IMG/VR virus record: IMGVR_UViG_3300017716_003594
Span: 3,424 to 67,423 of that record
Source: a virus
Lineage: Duplodnaviria > Caudoviricetes
DNA length: 64,000 bases
Strand: one strand, 5' to 3'
In this document: positions 17,120-27,500 of the stretch, piece after piece
How positions within the stretch are numbered: the stretch's first letter is position 1
How the letters are laid out: the number at the start of each line of letters is the position of its first letter
The notes under the pieces: generated by a model
What the model was told of the DNA's origin: nothing
Database searches by the model: none
The model's input: only the letters and a program-made list of their open reading frames with translations
Made by a program: the position numbers and the translations under genes

Positions 17120-17147
17120 TCTAAAAAGCTTCGGTATCAACGAGTTA

Positions 17148-17180
17148 GGCGTCTCGGCACCTATAAGGCACCGAGACGCC
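17148..17180. terminator. Hairpin between convergent genes
   Basis: GGCGTCTCGG/CCGAGACGCC 10-bp stem, no clear U-tract. Confidence 0.5.
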
Positions 17181-17216
17181 CGCCCTGCCTGCGAAACAGC
17201 AACGGAACGCAGGCAA

Positions 17217-17600
17217 TCAGGCCATGAGAACTACGCACCAGCCAGCTAGGCGGTCCTCTTTGGCTTTACAGTAGTGGGCATCGTGACCCATGCCAACCAG
17301 CATTCTGACCGCCGCCGCATGGTCTACGCCCTTGATCCGGCACTTCGTTGACCCTGCACCTTGCGGTTCCTGCTCCCACGGTGGCGGAAGGTCAAGACCG
17401 GTGTTGAAGGTGGCGGTCAGGTACGTAAAGCCCTCGCGTCGCGTACTGTCCACCTTAATCTCTTGACCGCCGTGTTGGCGCATAAATTTGACGATCACGT
17501 CTGTGGACAGCGTTGGGTTCTCCGCCATCCACTTGTGCGACAGTTCAATCTGCTCGCGCAGCTTTACAGCAGCCCTTGCCTTGTCTACGCTCATGCTCAT
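17217..17600 (-). CDS. Hypothetical protein
   Basis: ATGA overlap; part of the second early operon. Confidence 0.65.
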   Translation of the reverse strand: MSMSVDKARAAVKLREQIELSHKWMAENPTLSTDVIVKFMRQHGGQEIKVDSTRREGFTYLTATFNTGLDLPPPWEQEPQGAGSTKCRIKGVDHAAAVRMLVGMGHDAHYCKAKEDRLAGWCVVLMA

Positions 17601-17821
17601 TTGGCGCAAAGCTCCGTCAACTGGTCAAACCAATGACCGCCTAAGTACGCGCCGCTGGTTGCACGAGCCATGCAGGCGAACTCGTTGTCCTTGCCTTGCA
17701 CACCGTTGATGCGCAGCATGAAGTTGTGTTCGAAGTGTTCCCGCTTGCGCGAGCACTTGATGTGGTCAATGATGACCATTGGCCCGCGGTTGATGTCGAG
17801 GACGACGGTGTGCGACTTCAT
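17597..17821 (-). CDS. Hypothetical protein
   Basis: ATGA overlap. Confidence 0.6.
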   Translation of the reverse strand: MKSHTVVLDINRGPMVIIDHIKCSRKREHFEHNFMLRINGVQGKDNEFACMARATSGAYLGGHWFDQLTELCAK

Positions 17822-18039
17822 GGGGTATCCCCAAAGCTGAAATTCTTACAATAACCGGTCACTGAGAACTCCCCAATGATGTACGGCTTTGTGGCGTCGC
17901 CACGGATGGTGTAGAGCGGAAACAGCGTTGCATAGGCGGCGCGTGTCGCCTCAGTGTTGTGGTGGACATTACGCTTGCGGGTGCGGTGCTCCACAAGCTC
18001 AGTCTCACGTAATGTCTGCCAATGTTGTTCGTTTGCCAT
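17818..18039 (-). CDS. Hypothetical protein
   Basis: TAATG overlap. Confidence 0.6.
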   Translation of the reverse strand: MANEQHWQTLRETELVEHRTRKRNVHHNTEATRAAYATLFPLYTIRGDATKPYIIGEFSVTGYCKNFSFGDTP

Positions 18040-18539
18040 TAGCGCACCGCCATGTTGGCTTGGTACAGTTTGAACGCCTCGTCGGCGGGCATGCCGTTGA
18101 GGAAGGTGAAGGTGGGGTACTTGGCTTTGTACGCCGCAAGCACCGCCGCCTTGTCCTTGCCCTTGGGGAAGGAAGCGCCGTAGACGTTCTTGTCGTTGGG
18201 TTTCACGTACATGACGCTGCGCGACAGTTTGGACGCAAAGTTCTTCTTGTCGCCTTGCGCAAAGACTTCAGTGTGGCACCAGCCTTCGAGCGAGGCTTTT
18301 ATTTCAAGCTTTTCGCCGTTGTGTTCGTAGTAGTCAGCTTCGTGGTTGGCAGCAACCCACTCGTCAACGCGCTTGTAGGCGTCCCACGCGTTGTGGGGGT
18401 GAATTTCGTCGCAGCCACCGTGGCCGTGGTTGGAGACGTCGCAGAGCTTCTTGCCGTCGACGTAGAGGGTTGCGGTGTACGCGGGGGTCTCTTCCGAGAG
18501 GGACGCGAGGAACTTGATGTTCTTGAGTTCGAGTTTCAT
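18039..18539 (-). CDS. Conserved-looking phage hypothetical protein
   Basis: SD GGAGA before ATG 18539; KFLASLSEET.AYTATLYVDG..SNHGHGGCD. Confidence 0.75.
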   Translation of the reverse strand: MKLELKNIKFLASLSEETPAYTATLYVDGKKLCDVSNHGHGGCDEIHPHNAWDAYKRVDEWVAANHEADYYEHNGEKLEIKASLEGWCHTEVFAQGDKKNFASKLSRSVMYVKPNDKNVYGASFPKGKDKAAVLAAYKAKYPTFTFLNGMPADEAFKLYQANMAVR

Positions 18540-18566
18540 GGGGTAGTCTCCGTTGCTGATGAAGAA

Positions 18567-18642
18567 AGGATACGCTGGGTCCCCTCCGATGTAAACGCCC
18601 TTTCCAACGTTTCTTGATGACGTATTGCTACGGATTGCTACG
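18567..18642 (-). promoter_or_regulatory. Repeated early-type promoter, copy 2
   Basis: Minus strand tandem CGTAGCAAT boxes, then N28-TTTACA-N17-TATCCT. Confidence 0.75.
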
Positions 18643-18710
18643 AACAACAGAGGTATGACGCCAAGGCCGGTTATGGCACAGTTTACCCACTATTAGCATC
18701 GGAGACAGAT

Positions 18711-18956
18711 ATGCCCTTGACCAAAGCACAGCAGGCCATCGACGCCAGACGCGCCGCGGCTCTCGAGTCCTTGTCAGAAGGAACGGCCGCGACCCTGGCC
18801 CGGGCTTATGACCGAGCTCGTGCGGAAGACCGCGAGGTCATATATCAGCATGGTGACGAGCTGCACGCCAGATGCCTGAGCACGAAAGAGCGCGCAGAAC
18901 GACTTCGGGAAGCCCTGCGCGCTCGTGGCGTGTTCGTCCTGGACGATGCCGAGTAG
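18711..18956 (+). CDS. Hypothetical protein
   Basis: SD GGAGA; divergent from the 18539 gene. Confidence 0.65.
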   Translation: MPLTKAQQAIDARRAAALESLSEGTAATLARAYDRARAEDREVIYQHGDELHARCLSTKERAERLREALRARGVFVLDDAE

Positions 18957-18974
18957 CATCGCCGAAACGGCCGG

Positions 18975-20630
18975 TTAAGCCCGGAACTTGTCCGCCCAGA
19001 ACACCAGGAGCGCTCGCTCGCCGTTGTCGTAGGTGAGGATGTGGGTGATGCTGTGCGAGCTCGGGCCCTTCATGTACGGGAACCGGCGGGCGAAAGCACC
19101 GGCGCTGAACACGTCGTCCATGATACAGGCTATGTGGTCGTGACCCTTGTTGACCGCCCTGGCCAGCTTGGTCAAGCCGGCCGTCGAGCCTCTGGCGCCG
19201 TTCGGGGAGAGGTCCCCGTGCAGGCCGTTCTCCACACCGGCAACGACGTACGAACCGTCCTCTTCCAGGAAGGTGAAGCCAGGTAGCTCGCCCTTCTGCC
19301 GGATAGCCCACTCTGTGAGCTTGAAGTCGTTGTCTCCGCGGTCGACGGCGTCAAGCGACTGGTACAGCAGGAGCGACCAATACTTCGCGTTTATCGGGTC
19401 CTTGCGGTGGTCGGCTTCGTTGACCCAACGGTCCAGGTGCCGGCTGTGGTTATCAGGCACGCCGACCGAGACGCACCAGCTCCGGCAGATGCCGAAGAGC
19501 CGGTCGTAGGTGAGCTGGACTTCGTCCTCGACGGTCTCTTCTCCGTGGACATGCTTCTTGTAGGTGGTCAGGAAGTCCTTCATGTCGTGGTGACCACGCG
19601 AGCGCATGGAGTAGTAGTCGCCCACAAACTGATGCTTGGGCTTCAGGGTATCGAGCGCTCCGCCCGGCGCAAAGGCCAGGTCGTAGGCCCAACGCTCCTG
19701 CTCGGCCGCGTGGAAGTCGCCCCAGTAGATGCCGGCAAGAACGCCTTCTTCCTTGACCTGGACCTGACCGGCCTGGACGCGAATGCCGGAATACGGAGCC
19801 GGGCCAATGTCCAGGATAGCGTCGTCGGCGCCGATTGAGATGTGGCGCGGGTACCAGTTGCCCTGGTCATCGACCTCGACCAGGAGCAAGGAGTACGAGT
19901 GGAGGCGCTCGGCTTCTTGGCCGGCGTTCTTCTGGATGTAGTTCTTCTGGGTCAGCGTACCCGTGGAGATGTTGAACTTGACCGCCTCGTCAGGCATGGA
20001 GGCAATGGACTCCCATTGCTTCTTTGCGTGGGGGATGATGTTGGACTTCCGGCCGTTCAGGTCATGCTTGCCAGAGAGCGGCCGCTTGACAGTAGGCAAG
20101 ATGTTCTTGGAGCCACACCATACCAGCGACGGAGCAATCTCAACGTCGCGGTCCACGATGTATTCAAGCGCCTGCGGATCGTACCACACTTCATCGTCCG
20201 CGTCGGAACGCTTTGCCGTGCCCATCTTAACAGAGCGTGCACCGTAAGAGCTCTTATCGTAGGTGAATGTTCCAAGGAAGAGCCGGGACTCGGACTTGGG
20301 CCGGCGCCCGAACCACTCGACGGTCGCCAGAACGTTTGGCCAGGCGGGGTGAAGGTGGGTGTTGTTCTGCAGGGAGCTGAAGAAGTAAAAGGCTCGATGG
20401 CCTTTCTTGGGGAGCGGCAGCTTGGGAATTTCCGCTGACTCGACCCGGCCGCCAACGACCTTGCCAACCTTGATGCCCAGTCTGGTCTCTGCCAGGGTGA
20501 GGCGGTCGGCGTAGGTGGATCGGGATAGGTTGAGAGCCCTTGCGGCTTCGGCCTTATTCCCGTAGTTGTCCGAATAGGCCTTGACGGCCGCCTTGAGTTG
20601 AGCGTCCGTCGGTCCCTTGGCTTTCGCCAT
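18975..20630 (-). CDS. Calcineurin-like metallophosphoesterase with N-terminal HTH
   Basis: NKAEAARALNLSRSTY (HTH); WGDFH, VGD, PDNH, LHGD and KGHDH metal-binding motifs. Confidence 0.7.
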   Translation of the reverse strand: MAKAKGPTDAQLKAAVKAYSDNYGNKAEAARALNLSRSTYADRLTLAETRLGIKVGKVVGGRVESAEIPKLPLPKKGHRAFYFFSSLQNNTHLHPAWPNVLATVEWFGRRPKSESRLFLGTFTYDKSSYGARSVKMGTAKRSDADDEVWYDPQALEYIVDRDVEIAPSLVWCGSKNILPTVKRPLSGKHDLNGRKSNIIPHAKKQWESIASMPDEAVKFNISTGTLTQKNYIQKNAGQEAERLHSYSLLLVEVDDQGNWYPRHISIGADDAILDIGPAPYSGIRVQAGQVQVKEEGVLAGIYWGDFHAAEQERWAYDLAFAPGGALDTLKPKHQFVGDYYSMRSRGHHDMKDFLTTYKKHVHGEETVEDEVQLTYDRLFGICRSWCVSVGVPDNHSRHLDRWVNEADHRKDPINAKYWSLLLYQSLDAVDRGDNDFKLTEWAIRQKGELPGFTFLEEDGSYVVAGVENGLHGDLSPNGARGSTAGLTKLARAVNKGHDHIACIMDDVFSAGAFARRFPYMKGPSSHSITHILTYDNGERALLVFWADKFRA

Positions 20631-20639
20631 CTGTCTCTC

Positions 20640-20900
20640 CTACTTGTGGATAAGTGCCTGGAAGCCGAGCCACAAGGCAGCAATTGACCCGGCGATGAAG
20701 ATGCCGAGGAGCGTGAGCATACCATGCCGCTTAAGCGAGCTGGTTGTCTGCCGCCATTCCCGGAGGTGCCGGAAGTCCGCCTGCATCTCGGTCGGATTGG
20801 TGCTGTCCACACCAAGGCGCAGGAAGGCTTCAGTCACGCCCTCACTTACGATCCTCTTGAGCTCAGTCTCTGTAAGGTTCACAACCTTTTCCTCCGACAC
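20640..20900 (-). CDS. Small membrane protein in the lysis cassette
   Basis: C-terminal hydrophobic segment GMLTLLGIFIAGSIAALWLGF. Confidence 0.7.
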   Translation of the reverse strand: MSEEKVVNLTETELKRIVSEGVTEAFLRLGVDSTNPTEMQADFRHLREWRQTTSSLKRHGMLTLLGIFIAGSIAALWLGFQALIHK

Positions 20901-20902
20901 GG

Positions 20903-21187
20903 TCAGTCACCTTTCTCGAGTTCAGCTGCTGTCGTGTCCAGCAGAGTGTTGAGGGCGGCGAGGCGCCCTTTGCAAATCTCATGAGCCTGCGCAAGCCTGA
21001 GGGTGAAGACCCCGACGTCGCGCTGGGTGTAGTCGCCCTCGGGAACCTCGGGTCTGTCAGGGCAGGAGCGGAGTTGCTCCGGTATTCTGGGAACGATAAG
21101 GCGGTCAGCCGGGGTCGCGCAGCCCGTCAAGAGCGCGCTTGAGCACAGGAGCGACAGGGCCATCATCTTCAGGGGGCGCATCGGCAA
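20903..21187 (-). CDS. Rz1-like outer-membrane spanin lipoprotein
   Basis: Lipobox LLTGC, Pro-rich, start overlaps the end of the Rz-like gene. Confidence 0.75.
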   Translation of the reverse strand: MPMRPLKMMALSLLCSSALLTGCATPADRLIVPRIPEQLRSCPDRPEVPEGDYTQRDVGVFTLRLAQAHEICKGRLAALNTLLDTTAAELEKGD

Positions 21188-21509
21188 CTTCTCTTTCCAC
21201 TTCCACGATACGGTCGACAGTCTTCGTCACCGTGACTATCACCTTCTCAGCCGCCTTGGTGCCCTTATCCTCGGCTTCAGCCTGCTTCCGCTCGCGTTCG
21301 AGGGTAGCCTTTGTCTCAGTCAGCTCACGCTCGACGCGGGCCTTGTCGTCTTGCAGGTCCAGCACATAGAACACCCCGAGCACCACGACAGTGACGGCGC
21401 CGATGGCTACGGCCTGCTTCCAGCCTAGCCACTTCCACGCCGCCGCCGCTCCTGCCGCTCCAATGCCGGCGATCGTCAGGTAGCTCGAGAGGTCCCAGAG
21501 CCAGTCCAT
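21105..21509 (-). CDS. Rz-like inner-membrane spanin
   Basis: N-terminal TM segments plus coiled coil; ends GPVAPVLKRALDGL. Confidence 0.75.
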   Translation of the reverse strand: MDWLWDLSSYLTIAGIGAAGAAAAWKWLGWKQAVAIGAVTVVVLGVFYVLDLQDDKARVERELTETKATLERERKQAEAEDKGTKAAEKVIVTVTKTVDRIVEVEREVADAPPEDDGPVAPVLKRALDGLRDPG

Positions 21510-21817
21510 TATTCAGCGGCCGCCTTCTTGCGAAGCTCTTCGATCGCGGCCTTCACTTCCTTGGGATCAACGCCGGCCGGAAGGTTGGGGCTGTTCGTGA
21601 ACATCGCCAGGATGCCGAGGAGGCCAATGACGGTGGTGAACCAGAGGTCCAGGGTCGAGTCTGCCACGACGATCCCGAAGGTCGCCAGGATGGCGGCGAT
21701 GCCGCGCCAGGTCGACTGCTGCTTGGCCCGCACGATTATGTACTGGGTGGCAGGATGGTCGAGCACACTCTTGGCCATGGCCTTGAGTTCGTTCCACTTG
21801 GAGACAATCCAGTCCAT
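21509..21817 (-). CDS. Putative holin
   Basis: Two TM segments (STWRGIAAILATFG..; LWFTTVIGLLGILAMF) and a charged C-terminus; adjacent to the endolysin. Confidence 0.65.
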   Translation of the reverse strand: MDWIVSKWNELKAMAKSVLDHPATQYIIVRAKQQSTWRGIAAILATFGIVVADSTLDLWFTTVIGLLGILAMFTNSPNLPAGVDPKEVKAAIEELRKKAAAE

Positions 21818-22425
21818 TACGGCTTCCTCTCGTAGGGGCTTTTCATTCCGGCCTTGAGCAGCGCGTCAAGGAAGTGCTGGTGGTAGACGGCAATGTCCGC
21901 AGCGCGGTCCGTGCCATTGATGATCTTGCGGGCGTTGCGCGGGTCATCGTCCATGGAGTTGAAGAAGCGCGCCAGCGTCTTGCCGGTGAATGTGCCCTTC
22001 ATCATTCCGCCAACCAGTATCTTGGCCGCGTTGGTGAGGGCCAGGGCAAGGTCCGGGTTGCGCACCAGGTCGAGGCCAAGCTCCTGGCCCCACTCCTCGT
22101 AGTTCGTGCGCCAGGTCAGCTGCACCAGACCCCGGCCGTAGTACGCATGGCCTGTTTCCGAGTCGCTGCGCGCGTACGCACGAGCCTTGAGCTTCAGTCT
22201 GGCTTCCGCATCGGTCTTGGCGAAGGTCTCGCGAACCGGCTCCATCGTGCGTCCGGTCTCATGGTACGCCGTCGCCAGGGAGTAAGCCACCCAACGCGCA
22301 TCCTGGTCTTCCGGCCAGGCGTTCAGAATAGCGGTAAGACCGTTGACCTGAGCCTGCGACAGCTTGCCGCCGAACAGGTGATCCCGCACTGCGTCATAAA
22401 AGGCTTTTGCGTTGGGAAGCAGCAT
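21817..22425 (-). CDS. Endolysin, glycoside hydrolase family 19
   Basis: [37 protein letters not shown] motifs. Confidence 0.9.
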   Translation of the reverse strand: MLLPNAKAFYDAVRDHLFGGKLSQAQVNGLTAILNAWPEDQDARWVAYSLATAYHETGRTMEPVRETFAKTDAEARLKLKARAYARSDSETGHAYYGRGLVQLTWRTNYEEWGQELGLDLVRNPDLALALTNAAKILVGGMMKGTFTGKTLARFFNSMDDDPRNARKIINGTDRAADIAVYHQHFLDALLKAGMKSPYERKP

Positions 22426-22517
22426 TGCCGGGGGCTCCAGGATCGAGGACCCAGAGTGCCGCACGCGTTGCGATACGCAAACCTCCGGACCGAACTGGCC
22501 GACGTTACGTCACGTGC

Positions 22518-23804
22518 TCAGAAGAAGAACCGGCTAGAGGCATAAGCCGACGAAGCCCCGACGTGAGCCATTGCCAGGCCCATGAACAGGTAGGCCGTGC
22601 CGTTGGTTGTCGTGTACGAGATGTCAAAGCCGCCGGAAGTATAGGCTGCAATCTCCCCAGCCAGCAGGTTGTCTACCCCTGTGCTTCCGAGAGACAGAGA
22701 GCTGCCGTCGGAATTGCTGTAGTTGAGGGAGTTGGACGGGTCGACGTTGTCCTGGCTCAGGAGCACATACATCCCCGAGTCCCCGCCGCTGTAATGCGCA
22801 GCAATGTAACTGCTGGCATTGGCTGCATTGGGCCCAGAAGCAGTATTGATGGTCGTAGACCCGCCACCTGCAAGAACAAGCAACTCCGGTTGGAAGCCAA
22901 GGCCGGTTATGTTCTGGGTGCCGTTCGATGTGCGGGTCAGATAGTCGTCCAGTGAAAAGTTTATGCCCGGCGCCTTGATAGCCAGACACGACAGGATTTG
23001 ACTTGCAAAGTTTGCGCTCGGCGTCACACTGTAGCCGCTGGCGTCGTAGCTCCCGATTGTCACATGACCAAAGATGGACGGAGACGTGCCACCGGTGACC
23101 GAGACACAGATGCCGTTGTCGATGACCGCATAGTTGGACCGGTTGACCGTCAGAGTTCCCGAGCCATCTCGCCGGCCAATAGCGCGCTGGGTATCGGCGC
23201 CGTCATTGAGGCCGATGCCAAAGGAGAACAGACCGAAGCCAGCGCTTGACGACGAGAGACCAGTTGCCGACCTGGCGCAATGAGCTGCAAACACAATATC
23301 CGGCTCAAAGCCCGGGCCAGTCTGGTCAAGCGCCGAGGTGCCAGTACCCAAGTTGATATTGTTGAGGTGCACCTGGCAGTCGGAACCCCCAAACACAATG
23401 AAGGTGAACTGTTGTTCGTGGCCTAGCGTAATTGGAACGTTGGACCAGTTGATGGTGATCTGGTCAGCAGCTACGGAGCTGAGGAACACTTCCCAGTCTT
23501 GGCTGAACGTACCCCCGGTGTAATACAGGCGAGCCGTTTCGTACCGGGTGTTTGAGCTCTGGACACTGTTGGCGTCCTGGATTATCATCTTGTTCATGGC
23601 ATACAGAGGCGCGGCCGTTGCAAAGCCGACTACTTCCTCTGGGCCTTCCACTGAGCTATACGCGGTGCCAGCGGTGCCATTAGCCGGGTCATGCCTGTTT
23701 GTCAGCAGGATGACCGCAACAGGCGTCTCGCCTCCAAGGTCAACTGCATACGAGGCAGTCCCTTTTGTGTCCCGAAGGACCGTTACAACACCAACCTTAG
23801 CCAT
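22518..23804 (-). CDS. Putative tail fibre / receptor-binding protein
   Basis: Gly/Ser/Thr-rich beta-type sequence at the distal end of the tail operon. Confidence 0.6.
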   Translation of the reverse strand: MAKVGVVTVLRDTKGTASYAVDLGGETPVAVILLTNRHDPANGTAGTAYSSVEGPEEVVGFATAAPLYAMNKMIIQDANSVQSSNTRYETARLYYTGGTFSQDWEVFLSSVAADQITINWSNVPITLGHEQQFTFIVFGGSDCQVHLNNINLGTGTSALDQTGPGFEPDIVFAAHCARSATGLSSSSAGFGLFSFGIGLNDGADTQRAIGRRDGSGTLTVNRSNYAVIDNGICVSVTGGTSPSIFGHVTIGSYDASGYSVTPSANFASQILSCLAIKAPGINFSLDDYLTRTSNGTQNITGLGFQPELLVLAGGGSTTINTASGPNAANASSYIAAHYSGGDSGMYVLLSQDNVDPSNSLNYSNSDGSSLSLGSTGVDNLLAGEIAAYTSGGFDISYTTTNGTAYLFMGLAMAHVGASSAYASSRFFF

Positions 23805-24535
23805 TACGGAAGCGATCCCAGGATGGTTACGGCAATGCCCGCAAGGCTGTCAAAGGCAGCCGGGCAAACAAACGTGAGGCGGTCCCCGGCGGCAAACGAA
23901 ATGGCGCCCCCGGTTGTTGCAAAGGTTCCTGTAGCCGTGCTGACGGCAAAGGTGAGGGAGCCAATGGACGACCCGTTCTTTTCGATGTCGATCACGACCG
24001 AACCCGTCGCCGCAACAACGGCGGCGTAGGCTTGCGAGCCACCAAAGTCGTCGAGGAAGTCAACGGCCTCGGCAAAGACATGGGTCAGCTCTTTGTTCTC
24101 GTCGACTCCATCGCCGGCAAAGAACGTGGCAACCCTGTACGGACCTCCACCGGTGCCGTCTACGCCAACAGACAGGACGTCCGTCCCGTCACAGTAGACG
24201 ATGGCCGCGGTTCCATCAAGCAGCACCACGTTGGCGCCACCACCACCGGTCACCTGAACCGTAAGATCGTCCCCGCAGTTGTTGGTGACGACCACCAGGC
24301 GCTTGATCGACGCCGGGAAGTTCAGGGTGCGGGCAACGCCTGGAGAGCCGGTTGCGTTGAAGCGGACATAGCCTCGATACTGTGGCGAGGTCAGTGTGAC
24401 ATTGCCTGCCGTCATCGAGACGTCCAGCGAACTGTTGCCGGCGTTGTCCAGAGCGGTGAGACCGTCGTTGATGGTCACCTCTTTCTGGTTCTGACTGGCC
24501 GTCACCTCGGTGATGTTCAGGTTCGGGGTAGCCAT
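23804..24535 (-). CDS. Tail fibre-associated protein (DUF2793-like N-terminus)
   Basis: MATPNLNITEVTASQNQKEVTINDGLTALD. Confidence 0.7.
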   Translation of the reverse strand: MATPNLNITEVTASQNQKEVTINDGLTALDNAGNSSLDVSMTAGNVTLTSPQYRGYVRFNATGSPGVARTLNFPASIKRLVVVTNNCGDDLTVQVTGGGGANVVLLDGTAAIVYCDGTDVLSVGVDGTGGGPYRVATFFAGDGVDENKELTHVFAEAVDFLDDFGGSQAYAAVVAATGSVVIDIEKNGSSIGSLTFAVSTATGTFATTGGAISFAAGDRLTFVCPAAFDSLAGIAVTILGSLP

Positions 24536-27500
24536 TAGACGATCTCCACAGTCCAGTCATGAGTGAAGCCGCGCCCGACAGTGGCCGACCTCTGGTAGAC
24601 GCGCAGGTAGAGCGTGGTGTCGCCGTCCGTGCCGTCGGTGATCCTATTCGCGTTCGTGTAGGTGTAGTCCGTAGTCGCGTTGTTTGAAACCGTTCTTAGG
24701 ACCGTCGTGAACGTCGGGTCCATGACCTCGAGGTCATACAGCTCAGACGCTTCGTTCAGCGGAACGTCGCCAGTGCCGTCAAGGAGTTCCCCGCCAATAC
24801 GCGTGCGGCGCTGCCAGGCAATGTCCACATCTCCGCCGCCGGCGTCCGTGCAGGTGACGTTGGTGGGAGCATACGGCATGAGGTCCCGGCCAGTGTACTC
24901 GAAGGTCGTGACCACCGCCTGGTCGAACGTCTGGCCAAACGTCGGGGCCTTGTAGTAGAAGTCCACGTTGAGCGAGCCGTGCGCCGTGCTGAACCGGCCA
25001 AGAGACGCGTCGGTCAGCACCAGGAAAGTCTCGTTGGCGGTGTGGTTGAAGGCCATGGTGTCGGTGCCTCGACGCCCCCGGAGAAGCCCAGACAGCTCGT
25101 AGTTGCCATTGCCGATCACAGTCACCGTCTGCCATTGGACGACTTCAACCGTGCCGTCGGCCTTCAGGAGGATACCGGCGTTGGCTCCGTTGAGTACTTC
25201 CGTCTCGGTCGCCGACGCAAGGTCGTCGCCTCCAGTCACCATAGACACCTCGATGGTGTTCACGGTATCGGTGCGCCAGACACTTTCCGGGTCGCCAAGC
25301 GCCGCGGTCGTAACGCCCCAGGCAGCATCGTCCACAAGCTGGTTCATCTCAAGCCAGGCAGTGTTGTCCGACGACCGGTTGAGGAGTGCTCCAGGCCAGG
25401 CGCCTTGTCCGTAGTTGGCGCCCATCCAGTACGACCTGGAAGCCGTCGTGTTGGAGTCCGAGTCCGTAAGAAGCGGAGCATCAATCAGGAAGACGTTGGT
25501 CGGGCCAACCACAGGCAACGAGCCGGGGTTTCCGTCGGCGCCATCGGATACAGCCGTCGAAACGTACTGGCCAGCGTTCTCCTGGGTCAGGTTGCCCGAC
25601 TCCAGGGAGAAGTCCGAACCAATGTCCAGGTCTCCGAAGCGGCCACGGAACGTGAACCCGGTGTCCAGCGACACAGTCACAACGTCGGCCGGCTCGAGCG
25701 CCAGACGGCCCCAGTGCAGACGGAAGGAATACTCGGAACGTTCCATCCACCGGGTAAACGCAATCTTTTCAGCCATCTGCTTGGCGGCAGTGTACTGCAA
25801 TGCAGCAGCAGCGCTGATCTCTTCCTGGTCATAGCTCTGGACCGTAGACGTCGGTCCCTGGATACGTTTGAAGGTCACCGAGCCAGGGTGATAGTCGAGG
25901 TCCGCATCCATGAACCCAATGGTGACGCTGGCCGGGAGCTCAAGTTCCTGCTTGATCGTCTCTTCGTACTGCTCCGGCCGGTCGTTGGTCTTCTGGATGA
26001 ACTCCGACTCCGTGATGGTAATCGACGGAGTGTCCCCACGTTCGCGATAGAATATCTTCCCATCGCGCTCGCCCGGATCAAAGAAGAACAGTTGGGACAG
26101 CGGCTCCAACGCGGCTTTTACTGCCGTGGCCGAGTCCAGAATAAACCCGTTCACCGAGCCAGTAAGGTCGGACACGTCAAAGTCCGTGCCGGCTACGAGG
26201 CCAACGCGTTCCGACAGGCTTGTGATGATAGATGCAACCGTGCAGGACACCGCGTCCCTGGGGCCAATCTGGAAGCGCAGGAAGTTGTTCCCGTTGCGCG
26301 CAAACAGGCAGTTGCTTGCATCGTCCCAGACATAAGTTCCGTCGCTGGTGACGACGTCTACCCCGAAGTCTTGCGTGCCGTCAAAGTAGGAGTCAATCTC
26401 CCCTGTGGACACATTGATCTTCAGGATATGGTCGCCGCTCGTGTTTGACACAATGGTCCACGAATCTCCGCCAACTCGGTCACCGCTATCGTAGGTTGCG
26501 TTGCCAAAGGTAGGGTCCATTGCGCTGGGGATGTCGGTCACCCAGAGAGGGTTGCCATCGCGATCCAGCTTGATGACGTGATTACCCAGGTCCGTGACGC
26601 ACCAGATAAGGTAGCCTTCCGACACCGGGTCAGCAACCGCGCGCCAGCCGTCGGGGCCATACCAGATGAACGTGGTGGCTCCCGCCTTAACGTTTGCCGG
26701 AGTCAGGGTGCGAATGAGCGTACGGTTCATACCGCCCGGCCCAGGCAGTGAGCCGGTAAGACCGAACGGCCCCGGCGGTCCAGGGGTCAAGGTGCGGGTA
26801 GCTTGCAGCCGGTAGATGGTAGCTTGCGTGGTGTCGATGAAGCCATAGAAACCAAGGCCAGAGCCCGGGCGCGCAGCCGAGAACTTGATGTAGCCCCCAT
26901 CCGCCAGGCCCACCAGCTCTTCGCGGAAGGTCATGGTTCCCATGGCGTGCGTGCGCCATGTGGCTGTAAACGTGGACCCAAAGCCGAAGTGATAACGGGA
27001 GACGAATATCTCGTACAGCCCGTCATCGGCCTGGAGCGACAGGACGTTGCCCGAGTACCCAACAGCCTGAGAGGTGTTGTTGTTCGAGGAGTTTGAGACC
27101 TCAATCCCACCGGACACGGGGTTCACAACGACGTCGTCGTTGCCGGAACGTCCGACCAGTTTGCCGGATACCTGGCTCACTCCGTGAAGGTCGAACAGCG
27201 GCAGCTTGCCAATGATCTCCATCGTGTTCAGCTGAACTACGTAGATGCCACTGTTGTCGTCTGTCTTGCAATAGAACCGGTTGCGCTGCCAGTCAAAAGC
27301 CCCGTCGTCCGAGGTGAAGCCCCCATACGCCGACACATCCAGAGCGGTGGTCTCAAAAAAGCTGGCGTCGTCGGCGGGGTCGGAGAAGGCAATCTCTGCC
27401 GTGAACGCCGGCGGACGGTTCCCGAAGTCCTGAAGCGGGAAGCGCTCAAGGACCAGATACACAAGCCCACGGTGCGCCGGGGCGTCGCCACGATCAAGTT

